A stretch of DNA of 64,000 nucleotides from Botryllus schlosseri (taxonomy: Eukaryota): positions 23,624,001 through 23,688,000 of the forward strand of contig CM119371.1 in the NCBI GenBank assembly GCA_051294905.1, written 5' to 3'. This document shows, piece by piece, positions 26,246 through 37,970 of this stretch (the first letter of the stretch is position 1; each line of letters opens with the position of its first letter). The position numbers and the translations under genes are program-made. The notes under the pieces are model-generated. The model did not search any database. It was not told the DNA's origin and was given only the letters and a program-made list of their open reading frames with translations.

Positions 26246-26620
26246 TGTGGCCGTTCTGTCTTTTGTTCTTCTAATAAGCTATCTACCTCACAGAAGATGA
26301 TGCCACTGTCGTTCAGGTTCGAGACTGAAATGAGAGGTTCCACCGAATGCGAATTCACAGTATGTATTGCTCAAAAGCAGCAGTCCAGTACAAAAGCCAG
26401 CGCAGCAGAATACGAATAATACTAGTTCCTCATTTTCCCGCCTGCGTGCTCTCCTAACCGGAGATCACCCAGCCTCCGGATCCGAGCGGTTACATATGGC
26501 TTTACGGCTGAATATGGCCGTAAGTCCGCTGGTTGAGCACCCCTGGCCCAATCAAAATAAGGATGAACATTTGAGCAAAGCTGCAACGTATAGGAAATGC
26601 TAAATACGAATTAGGGCTCG

Positions 26621-26637
26621 AGGTTACTGGACCACCA
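26621..26637 (-). promoter_or_regulatory. Candidate primer-binding site TGGTGGTCCAGTAACC
   Basis: TGG-starting tract about 390 bp upstream of gag, preceded by GTTAGA (possible LTR-end remnant) and then a MITE terminus at 26645. Confidence 0.4.
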
Positions 26638-26986
26638 TCTAACGCAGTGGTTCGCAAACTCGACCCCCTGGCTGCGCAGTGCGCAATAATGTATTATGCG
26701 CTATTTATAAGCTTGCCGCTGGAAGCACTAATTCAAAATATCTGAGCTATAGCGGTGATTTCCACGAAAATAATTAGACAGATATCGCGAGCTGACCACC
26801 TGCTAACTCCACCCTGTCCGACTCCAAAATTAACTAATAAGTCCATTACCAAAGGTTAAATGATGAGAAACATTGCTTATGACACCACATTGTACGATAT
26901 TACACATCCAGTTCACCTGTTCTGAAGCATAAACTGGAGTATTTATTGTGATAGCAATAGTCCTCGTCTCATCGGTTCATCATAAT

Positions 26987-28138
26987 TAGGGCTGGGCAAA
27001 ATCGAGTACCTCAGTGATTTAATACTGAATCACGTATTAATATTACCATAGTGTCCTATATGGTGTCGACACAAGCAAATCTCACGGCTCAGTGAAATTG
27101 TATCACGTCACAATTTCCATTTGGCTGCAGGTAATTTGACGGTCATTTTTGACCGGCTTGCCGAGCATTAAATTTGGTAAAACGGGTATCAATCGAAAGC
27201 TGACTCTGCACTGATGACGAAAATATAAATTTTATTCAGCTTGCGGCCCTGGAACCCCCACAATCAGCCTCGAATTTTTCATTGTTATGGAGGTTGGCAT
27301 TGGGACGCAACAATGCTTTTTGAACCTTTTTCTCTTGAGCTACACTCTCGTTTCGCCAGACAGCATTGTTGCGTCATGAGCTTCTCTCTCGTTTGGCCAG
27401 ACAGCACTGTTGCGTCCCAATGCCAATCTCCATAACAATGAAAAATTCGAGGCTGATTGTGGGAGTTCCAGGGCCGCAAGCGGAATAAAATTTAAATTTT
27501 CGTCATCAGTGCAGAGTCAGCTTTCGATTGATACCCGTTTTACCAAATTTAATGCTCGACAAGCCGGTATAAAATGACCGTCAAATTGCCTGTAGTCAAA
27601 TGGAAATTGTGACGTGATACAATTTCACTGAGCCGTGAGATTTGCTTGTGTCGACACCATATAGGACACTATGGTATTACGCTTCGAGTCGAGCATTCAG
27701 GTATCACTCATTATGATGTCACAACAGAATGTGACCTGTCAAAGTTCAAATATGTAACTTTTATGCCACCACAAACAACATAATGCCTGCTATCCGTCAC
27801 ATTAACGATACTTTGGTGGCATTTTTTCGACCATACCGATTTCATTCCAGGTTTGACAATGTTGTGGGATGATCAGGACTTCGGAAGTGTGTGATTTCCA
27901 GTAACGTTCGTAGCTTTGTACTATGTCTCGTATGCTGCGACACGGCCAATCAAGGTTTCAAGGCATCCTCAGTTGAAAATAGTCTCGAAACTATGATCCT
28001 CGTTGATAAATTAACTTTCAGTTGCGAGGAGCGTATAATTTCAGTGCTCGAACGTATCGTCTTTTACTACTCGACTCGAATCATCAAAATTAATAGTCGA
28101 TTCAGATTTGAGTACTCGAATCATTATGCCCAGCCCTA
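26987..28138. mobile_element. hAT-type MITE, TAGGGCTGGGCA family, hosting a fold-back element
   Basis: 12-bp TIR; flanks ATCATAAT and ATTATAAT (7/8 match); homolog at 52677-60490. Confidence 0.9.
27046..27674. mobile_element. Fold-back MITE with about 270-bp inverted arms
   Basis: CCATAGTGTCCTATATGGTGTCGAC...GTCGACACCATATAGGACACTATGG, flanked by TATTA on both sides; single-arm relative at about 51498-51720. Confidence 0.9.
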
Positions 28139-28541
28139 ATTATAATGCGGATCTGGTACACCCCTGTACACCCCATCCGAGTTGTACACCCTTTAAAAAT
28201 TATGGTACACCCTGGGGTGTACGAAATCCCGGTTGAAGAGCACTGGTCTATTGTCAGAATTTCATATTTGAGAATTCTCTCGTCAATAGCCAAAACCTTC
28301 AATGCCATCAAACTATCCGCTGGGATTGCCAGCAATCTGATTTCTCTCTTTAATATTTCGTAGTATCACGAGAAGACGACGCGAATTTTTTCACCATCAA
28401 AAAGAGGGACGTATCTGAAAAAGTTTGAGAACCACTGCCCTTTAGTATACTGTAAATAGTTTTTGGGATTATTATCAGCTTTGGGCATAGGCCACAGATC
28501 TGTGAACTGATCAGATACAAACGTTTCACTGCACACATGGG

Positions 28542-29842
28542 CAGGGCCGTAACAGTACTTCGTCAGGCCCCCCAAAAAACTTTGGTCTTGGGCCCCCCAT
28601 AGGGTTATAGACCTAACTTCTGGGGGGGTTCGCCCCCCAGACCCCCCTCCGGCGATACACTGTTTACCACTATTCATCTTGTTAATTGGGAGCTTGTTGA
28701 GTGAGCCGCCTTTTGCCGCCTAAGCGCGCGAAGCGCGGAAAATTTCTAGAATTCATGATTCCATCGGTCAGTATGGTCGGGAATTGCATATATTGTTATC
28801 AATTTTTATCTTCTCTCTGCTCACGGAACCAGATTTGCCGATAGAGCTGATTTAGGTGTGTTTGAAAAGGTAGGACCACTCAATAATAATTAAACATCTT
28901 CGGGCGTATACCCGTTGGCAGGAGCGAAACTGCACCTCGTAGTCGTCGGGCCCCCAAAAACGTGTGGGTCTTGGGTTCTCATAGGGTGATAAAACGATTC
29001 CCCCCATCACGTTGTTCGCGTTTGTCACGGAATTATCTGTAGGCTACTGTGTTGTGAGCCAGCGCGAGGCGCGAAAATTTTCGATAATTGATGATAAAAT
29101 CGGTCAATCAGATCGGCTATTGCATATATATTATGCTATCAATTTATTGTCCTCTCTACTCACGTAATTAGATTTACCGGTAGAGCTGAGTGAAGTGTCT
29201 TGAAAACGGGAGGGCCCGTAAATAATGATTAAACATCTTCGGGCGGGCGGACCTGTTGATATGACTTCGTTACATGATGTTATTTCGTGACTTCCAGTCT
29301 GCTATATCAAAAAATATAGAATCGCCCAAATAGGCTTCTAAACTAAGAGACGCACACGATTTCAAATTGGTATTTCTTCACTGGCACAAAAAATATTTCC
29401 CAGCCGGATGATATTTGTCTTGTGAGGTTCAGATTGCAAAGACGACAGGAACATTCGGCGCCAGTCATTTAGGCGCCTATGGACAATTAAACCTATATGC
29501 ATTTTGTATAGCCTTCGGTCTGCATAAGGGCTTAGACCTTTTCGGCCAAGCTTTTCTCGCTGTCGATCGTTCTGGCACACTTCTTGGAGTCGCATGTTAT
29601 ATGGCCTAAAACTTGATTTTATGTCATGGTGGGTCGTGGCGCGGTAATGGCCCAATACCCAATAATATAGAAAAACCGCTACTTAAATTCGCGCGCAGCG
29701 CGAAAAATTTTTAAAAAAATTGCATAAATTTTCAAAAAAATACTCCATGATTTATGCTAATTCACGAAATAATTTTGGGCCCCCTTCGAGCTCGGGCCCC
29801 CCCATCAATTGGGGGGTTTGGGGTGCGGCAGTTACGGTGCTA
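28542..29842. mobile_element. hAT-type MITE, CAGGGCCGTAAC family, copy 1
   Basis: Ends CAGGGCCGTAAC / GTTACGGTGCTA; exact TSD CACATGGG. Confidence 0.9.
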
Positions 29843-31280
29843 CACATGGGTGCAGTTGAAAACTGACCATGGTTAGCTTTTCGAGAAGTCATTTTAAAAT
29901 TCCCAGTAAAGCATAGATTACGAAGCACAGGTCAAGAGCTGCTTGAAAACTTTCAATCCCTTGGACCCCTGATGTCTGTGTAAATGCAGTTTCTGATTTC
30001 TCATTAGGATTACCTTCCAGGCAATTGTGGTGATCAGGGCTGTGGAGTCGGAGTTTGGCTAATTTTCGCTTGACGGAGTCGGATCCGTAGTCGGGAATAC
30101 TGTAGTGGCTGCTGTTAGATTTATACTACACTTTCGCGCGCTATACATAACTCGAACGGAAATATGCCTTTTCATCTATGGTATCAATTAGCGACCCCGA
30201 GACCTCCCTAAATACATATTCATGTGAACTCTTATTAAAACGGATCTTGTGATTTCAATCACACCATTAAGCATGCGCCTGAATAACAACGTATATGCGG
30301 GAGATCCAGTTGATTCTCGCTAATTGGAAGTACTGGTGATACGAATTGCTGAATTGAAAATGAGCTAATAGGCCTAAATATCAGGGACACGATCGGCATT
30401 TCATACAGACGTTTAATAAACGAGGTTTTAGTGATGTAAAGATTTTTGTTACAAGTGAGTCTATACCCAACCAGAAACCCCTAAATTACCCACCGGTTCG
30501 AAACCACTGCATTAGAATATATCTTAGAACATAAATTTACATCCCTACAATCATTTTGGTACAGTGGATCAAATGTCCATTTGCCCCGTTAATTTGCGGG
30601 CCATACATTAGATTCATTAGCCAAGATCATGGTGTCTATTCTTTTATCAGAGAAAGCCAAATTTTATGAAGTTTATTGCGTGTTGGAGGCCGGCATATCG
30701 TCACGTCGATACAAGACAAGCTACATATTTTTGAATTACAATGATGGTTTTGTCAAATCGATATTGCGTGATGATCATCCTACCAAAGCGCAGAAAATTA
30801 TTTCCAAGTTCAGTCATGTTACTTTTACATTTTCAGAATCGATGATAGTTTACGGAGTGGAAGTTACATTAAGCGAAATACAAGTTGTAACGCGACAGCG
30901 GTCGAATATCATTGGTTTTTATGATATTTAGATTGGATTTCGTTTGAATATTGATTATTAACATTATTTTTCTTCATTTGCGCGTAGAGCTACTTTGTTG
31001 TCCTCAAATAGATGTCGAACGGGGTGGGTGAGTGATAAATCGCAATTTTAGATATTGAAGCGGGATTTCCGCTTCTTGCGAGCGAAGTTAGTAACTGTCG
31101 AGTAAATGCATTAACATGCATGCATTGAAAAGGGACGCGGAAGCATTCACAAATTGGTAATCAAATAACCGACACAATCGACGAGCGCGCCTTGTAAAGA
31201 CGCTACAATATGAACGTAGACATAGACAGTGAGCGATTTTTCGAGGCATGTAATCAATTTTACAAATCGAAAGTATAAAC

Positions 31281-31993
31281 CAGGGGTGGCCAACCCTTTC
31301 AGCCAAAGGGCCACATTTGACTGACAAACTATTGCGCGGGCCACTAGCCGCGCGAAGCGCGAACATTTCTCGAAGTTCATAGGTCAATAATATTGTCACT
31401 TGACTATATTGCTGGCCTGCTGTATATCGCTGGGCTCAGTTCACAAGGAATGGACTATTCGGCACCTGGACATATCGATATCGAAAGCTTTGACCAACAT
31501 GTGTCGATCATTTTGTGCCTAGGTTTCATAGTCGACGGTCTTTCTGCGAGCGCAAACGCAAGGTCGCATATATTGAGCGACGCTTTGTGTCGTAATCGCG
31601 AATATAGTTAGACTCAATCTGATACATTAGGCGTTCTTTCATTTTCACAAATGGGTAACAATATTTAATGCAAGAAATCGAGTGACAACTTGTTGCGTGT
31701 AGAAAACTTTTACTTTTGATAAATCTATCGCAAATTCTTCTTCTTCTAGTGTACGAATATCTACCGAAATGTGACTGGTTCATGGATCTGCCAATGCGTC
31801 GGAACTGATATTTTAGTAATCACATCTCAAGTGTTGCGGCCAGACTAATCAAATTTTTGGTTGGCCTTGCAAGTTCACAATCTTTGCAGTCCATTTTTGA
31901 TAATATTACTAATTTCGGAAATTACCTCGCGGGCCACTCAAAACCTTCTCGCGGGCCAAATGTGGCCCGCGGGCCACGGGTTGGCCGGCCCTG
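31281..31993. mobile_element. CAGGGGTGGCCAACC-family MITE
   Basis: Colinear with 8259-8980; flanks GTATAAAC and GTATAAGC. Confidence 0.95.
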
Positions 31994-32764
31994 GTATAAG
32001 CATTGCCACGATTCTGGCAAAACTGTGAAAGTATGGAAAAAGTATGAAAGTATGGAAAGAACATTCCATACCATACGCATACTTGCACTCTTCCATATTC
32101 CATACCGAAATTTCGTTCCATACAATACCATACCATGCCCTACGCGTATCTATAGTGTAAGATATTAACTTCTAGCTTCATCTGTTAGGTTGAGCGCTAT
32201 TGAACAAAATTATGGTTTCTTGGTTCGTTGTAAGTGCCTTTATTTCAACTATCTTATTATATTTTAGTAGTATTTAAAACGGCTGTCTTTGGAAAACCTT
32301 GAATTCAAATAAAAATACCATCTTGCAAAAATTGAGAACATGCATGACCAATGACCATTATGACCAATTAAGCTATACCTCAGAAATTAGTTTCATTGTG
32401 TAGAATAATGACCAAAAGATAGCATAATTGAATATGCCGTGGAGAAATATAACTTGACATGATTGACCTTGGAAAGTTAATTTTCAAGCGCAGCACATTG
32501 TAATGATTCATAGGTAAACTTTGATTCCGACCGATGATCACGTCAAAATGTCTTCTCGAGTGTTTTCGATTACGCATTTCATTTGTTAATCTTGATTTTA
32601 GTAATCATTTATAATCAGGCCTTTTCAGATGGGCTGTTCTTACCGCTACATAAAGCGTCTGCGAACCATCATTTCTTGGTTATGTACGTTGACGCAAAAT
32701 TAATTGTAAATCTTTCTTTGGTTCCTTCCTTACGTTATTCTTAATTCTGTTACGTTCGTCGGCC

Positions 32765-32940
32765 GTATGTTGCTGTTGCTGTGCCAAGTGTCAGCAATCT
32801 TCATCAAGTTGTATGTTGCTGTTGCTGTACTACGTACCTGCTATCTTTATCAATTCGAATGTTGCTGTTGCTGCACTACGTGCCTGTTATTTTCATCAAG
32901 TTGTATGTTGCTGTTGCTGCACTATTTGTCAGCTAACTTC
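32765..32940. repeat. 46-bp minisatellite, about 3.7 units (ATGTTGCTGTTGCTG core)
   Basis: Units start at 32766, 32812, 32858 and 32904. Confidence 0.9.
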
Positions 32941-35900
32941 CACCAAATCCGACTTGAGCGTGTTATTGCGTTATTAAAGTTATGGAATACGTGTATGAAT
33001 TACAACGATTAGCACCCGTAGATAACCCCTAGACAGGCTTCTGCGCGTATAATCGGAAGCGTGGGATTCAGACTGCCGCTCAGAAACATCGGGAATAGGA
33101 GGTCTATCCAGGTTCGTCCTCGCCATATTTTCCCCGTAAGCGGTGTTTTAAACAAGCCTAGACGTGGCACTTGATACCAGCTAACAGATATCGATTCATA
33201 ATAAGAAAGATCCGCCTGGTTTAAATATACATATCGTAGTCATCCAGCTAAATCGAAAGCATGCGGATAGACTTCTATAGCTTCTACACAGGTTATTTTA
33301 GCCAGGGCCGTAACAGCACTTCGTCAGCCACCCCCAAAACGTTGCTATCAATTTTTATCCCCTATCTGCTGACGTATTCAGATTTACCGGTAGAGCTGAG
33401 TGAGATGTATTTAAAAAAGTAGCACCCCTCAATAATATAATTAAACATTTTCGGGCGTATACCCGTTTGACAGGAACGAAACAGCACTTCGTCAGGTCCC
33501 AGAAAAAACTTAGGTCTTGGTCTCCCATAGGGTCATAAACCGACCGCGGTAACCGACCCCCTACCAACTTGTTGAATGCTCCAGGAAATCTGCCGCACCG
33601 TTCAGCGAGCCAGCGCGAAGCGCTCAAATTTTCGATAATTAATGATAAAATCGGTCAATAAGATCGGGAATTGCATATATATTGCTATCAATTTCTTGTC
33701 CTCTCTGCTCACTTTATTAGATTACCGTTAGAGCTGAGTGAGGTGTCTTGGAAACTGTAGGGCCCGTAAATATAAATTAAACATCTTCGGCGGGCGGATC
33801 CGTTGGTATGACTTCGTTACATGATGTTATTCCGCGACATCCTGTGACGTACTAAAATAAGAGACGCACACGATTTCAAATTGGTTTTTCTTCACGGCTA
33901 GGCTATGGACAATTAAAGCTATATGTATTTTATATACATAACGAAGTTTTCGGTCAGCGTAAGAGCAGTCCTTTTCGGCCAAGGTTTTTTCGCTGCCGAT
34001 CGTTCTGGTACACTTATTGAAGTCGCATGTACACTGTAAATTCTGAAGTGTTGCTCAACCCGGAAAATTGAACACGAAACGTGATCCAAAAATTGAACGC
34101 CTAGAAGTGTTGCGAAGTGTTCAAATTTAAGGTGTTTACCTAAAAAGTGTTCAGTCTCAAAGTGGCTGGTTGACTAGTCACCGGAACGCAGGGCTCAAAG
34201 TAAAATCAGATTTTATTGATTCATGAATAAATGACGCTTATAATACCCAACCTGGGTGATTAAATACGTGCAAACATTGAAATTTCCAATAGCTGCTGTG
34301 ACAGGGTTTCATAAATTCAGATCAGCAGTTGAAACCGTTCCCGGAAGAGTCGATGAAATTACGAACATCACAAATGATTAAGAGCAAACTTACTACAAAT
34401 ATCATGCAAATCGCTCAATGATGAAAATGAATGCATAGGGAATTAGGGATAGTGATAAAAAAATATCATTTAGTATCCTGAACTTTCGTGACAGGGGCAT
34501 GGAATCAAATTCATTGGTTACGCCCGTTAGCGGAAAACATGATCAACACAAATCATTACAACTTATTTAAAACTGTTCAAATTACGGCTTGTAAATTTCT
34601 GATTTTATTGTAAACAAACAAACAATGAATGTATCAGTATCACTACCACTACCACGATAAACAACCATAAGTATTTTTTCACTCTTAATGAAATTGGGCC
34701 TGCTAAAAATATCGTAGGGCTTGCATTAGTAGTATTTATATCAGCTTAATGCCAATCACTTTTGTTTAAATCACAAAGAAATCGTTTCTTTGAGTCCATA
34801 CAAATTTTGCAGATTTACAGAAAAGATTTTGTTGTTATTTACCAGTCTGCTGCAAAATATGAAATATGGAAGTCATTAGGGCAGTGGTTCTTAAAAATTT
34901 TTGGACACGCTCCCATATGATAGCAAAACATTTCACACACTCCTTGTTGTCGTATAATAAAATTTAAAAAAGCAACCAGAACGCTAGAAATCCCAACGGA
35001 TAGTTGGATGGCAGTGACGGTAATGGTTGTTGATGAGAGAATATTCAAATATTAAATTCTGACCATACACAGAGAAATAACTACAAGCTGCCATGCATGC
35101 ATGTGCGAAAAAGATTTTAGTTTACAGCGGCTTCACGTCGCTTCAAATGCTTTCTCCTGTTTGACAACCACTCCTTTAGGGTATGACAATCCAATGCGTA
35201 GCAGCTCAAAACGTCAAGAATGTTTCTAAATACTCCATTTTCACTGAAGCAGTTTTATATTCTTGCCATCAGCTGCAATCCAGGCTCGGTCAATCTCTGA
35301 TTCGTGGCGTGCCATGGCGTTTGTTTCTTTTCTACTGGTCGACTCCAAGTTGTGCTCCTTGAAAATGTGAATAAATTCCAAAGTTTTGAATATGTCAATG
35401 AAAATTCTAAATTTTATGCAGAAATAAATATAAAGATTTCACACACGCAGGTTACACAAGCTTAGGAAAGGCGTTCGGATACAAGTAAAATAGGGTGGAG
35501 TGAAAAAAAGAAAAATTTGAATTTCAAAAAGTGCCTTTGATATTTGGTCCCAAATCTCAAATGAATCACTTCTATCATAATTTCAGGTTTTTGCACCCTC
35601 TAGTGGCCGTGCAATTTCACCGAACGAGCCGAAAATAGCTGATTTTGCCATATCTCAATAACCGCTTATGCTAGAAAGCTAGTTTTGGGCTTAAAAGCTG
35701 CGGAAGCACCATGTTTCTATCTCACTGCCATAGAACTTTGTCTTGAAAATGTACGGAAAAAAAGTTATAAGCAAATTATTGATTTTTATAGCGCCATTAA
35801 AAATGTTGGTTAGTTTTACCAAGTTTGCAATGCCAATTTGCATGTTACAATTTGTTACATTGCTGCTTTAACAACAAAATCATGGTCGGCGGGATCTATC

Positions 35901-36013
35901 AATTAATTTCTATATGAACGTAGCACAATTATGATGAGGAAGAGAGAATGATTGAACTTTCATCATAGTACATCATCACAAACCTTTATGTCATGAACTT
36001 GGTGGAACGGGTA

Positions 36014-37303
36014 TCTTCCTGTTCAACACTACAACAAACGATAGGCCTGGATTGTTTCAAAAGTGAATCAGTTACAGCAATTCAGCTATATAATTCACAT
36101 ATACCTCATAACAGTATGTTTTGTTGAAGATGATGATTTTCATGTCACTTGAGACATTGTTAAACTGTTTTTATATATTATACATATTGTACAAGCTGCT
36201 GTACTCATCTTTGGAATATTCTAGAACTTTGATAGTCAACCTCGAGTCTTCCAGTAAGAGTGATGATAACTCATTTTGAAAGTGTTCAGGTTTCTGGTGT
36301 ATCTTGGAGTTGATCATATAATAACTCTTGTATATTGGTTTCAAAACTGACTCCACCATGTGTAGTGGTTCAGGCCGCTGGCTGTATGAACAGGTCACGG
36401 TAATACACTCTGCTATGTCTGTGAATTGAACTGTCATTGTCTAGTAAAAGTACAGATTCAGAATTTCATCATGCTCGACTTACTGCAGATTGTGGTTTAT
36501 CATATGTACAAGTTATTGAAGTAATGTTAACAAAAAAAGATCCAAGACTGTTGTTGCTTGCAAGAAGTTGCATATTGGAGAAACTTTTCAAGGTGTTGAT
36601 GGTTTTCCTCCTGGAATACGCCCAACTAAAAGACAAGTCACTGAGGGTATGCTCAACTTTAATCACTTTAGTTGTGATCAAACAACTCTCTTTATCTGTC
36701 TACCAGAAGGAAAACCATCACCGCCTAGAAAAGTTTCACCACTGTGCAACTTCTTGCAAGCAACAACAGTCTTGGATCTTTTTTTGTTAACATTACTTCA
36801 ATTACTTGTACATATGATAAACCACAATCTGCTGTAAGTCGAACATGATGAAATTCTGAATCTGTACTTTTACTAGGCAATGACAGTTCAATTCACAGAC
36901 ATAGCAGAGTGTATTACAGTGACCTGTTCATACAGCCAGCGGCCTAAGACACTGCACATGGTGGAGTCAGTTTTGAAACCAATATACAAGAGTTATTATA
37001 TGATCAACTCCAAGATACACCAGAAACCGGAATACTTTCAAAATGAGTCATCATCACTCTTACTGGAAGACTCGAGGTTGACTATCAAAGTTCTAGAATA
37101 TTCCAAAGATGAGTACAGCAGCTTGTACAATATGTATAATATATAAAACAGTTTAACAATGTCTCAAGTGATATGAAAATCATCATCTTCAACAAAACAT
37201 ACAGTTATGAGGTATATATGAATTATATAGCTGAATTGCTGTAACTGATTCACTTTAAGAACAATCTAGGCCTATCGTTTGTTGTAGAGTTGAACAGAAA
37301 GAA
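36014..37303. repeat. About 1.3-kb fold-back inverted duplication (about 560-bp near-identical arms, diverged but still inverted centre)
   Basis: Mirror ORFs 36171..36437(-) and 36880..37146(+) differ at 4 of 88 aa; no TSD seen. Confidence 0.95.
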
Positions 37304-37970
37304 GGACTAAAATTAGCATAACGACTAATAAAAACATCTTGAATCAGGTCTGCGTTTTTTTTTCAATTCGGCCATTTTGACATTTACATTGACATTCAGA
37401 CGCACAGGCAACAGTGAGAATGCAGAACTGTAACTCAAAATGACAGTTATAGCAGAACGTTGCAGGTCTATGTAAATTTGTATGGTCCACAAAAAAGAAA
37501 GATTACGGTACCTGTTTCAATAAGACATGCGCTTGGGTCTTGGATTATATTCGTTTGTCTCTCAATTTGGCTTTGAGATGACAGTTGACTTCATCAACCT
37601 CGTTTCGCTGAAAATGTAATTGATTGCAAACAAGATCCGACAATAAATGTAGTAGAATTGTTATCCCTATGGGTTCGGTTTTCCATTATTATAATTGACA
37701 TATGGTAGGCTTTACATATAACTTTGATTCCAAGATTTTATAGGTGCTTCGAATTGAGACGAGAAAATATACCAGACAAAGGACACATTGATTGTCTTTA
37801 GTACGAAAACTTTGTGACATCTTATCGAAGGTGCTGAATACTTTTCCTTCATTGCGGTAATTGTAACTGTTCTCAATCTTTCAAAATCCTTCATTCCTGA
37901 TTAAATTTAACTAACAAAATTAATTGGAATTAGCACGACATGGGAAATGATCTCCATTTGATGTTCCAAG

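Noticed and set aside
22266..26300. Plus-strand ORFs overlapping gag/pol
   Set aside because: Antisense shadows of the long open frames, with no recognisable motifs.
32765..32940. 46-bp periodic repeat as a CRISPR array or Cys-rich CDS
   Set aside because: Whole units are homologous and the period is not a multiple of 3; it is a minisatellite.
36171..37146. Two divergent 88-aa genes
   Set aside because: They are mirror products of the palindrome; the same applies to ORFs 27241..27435 and 27285..27479.
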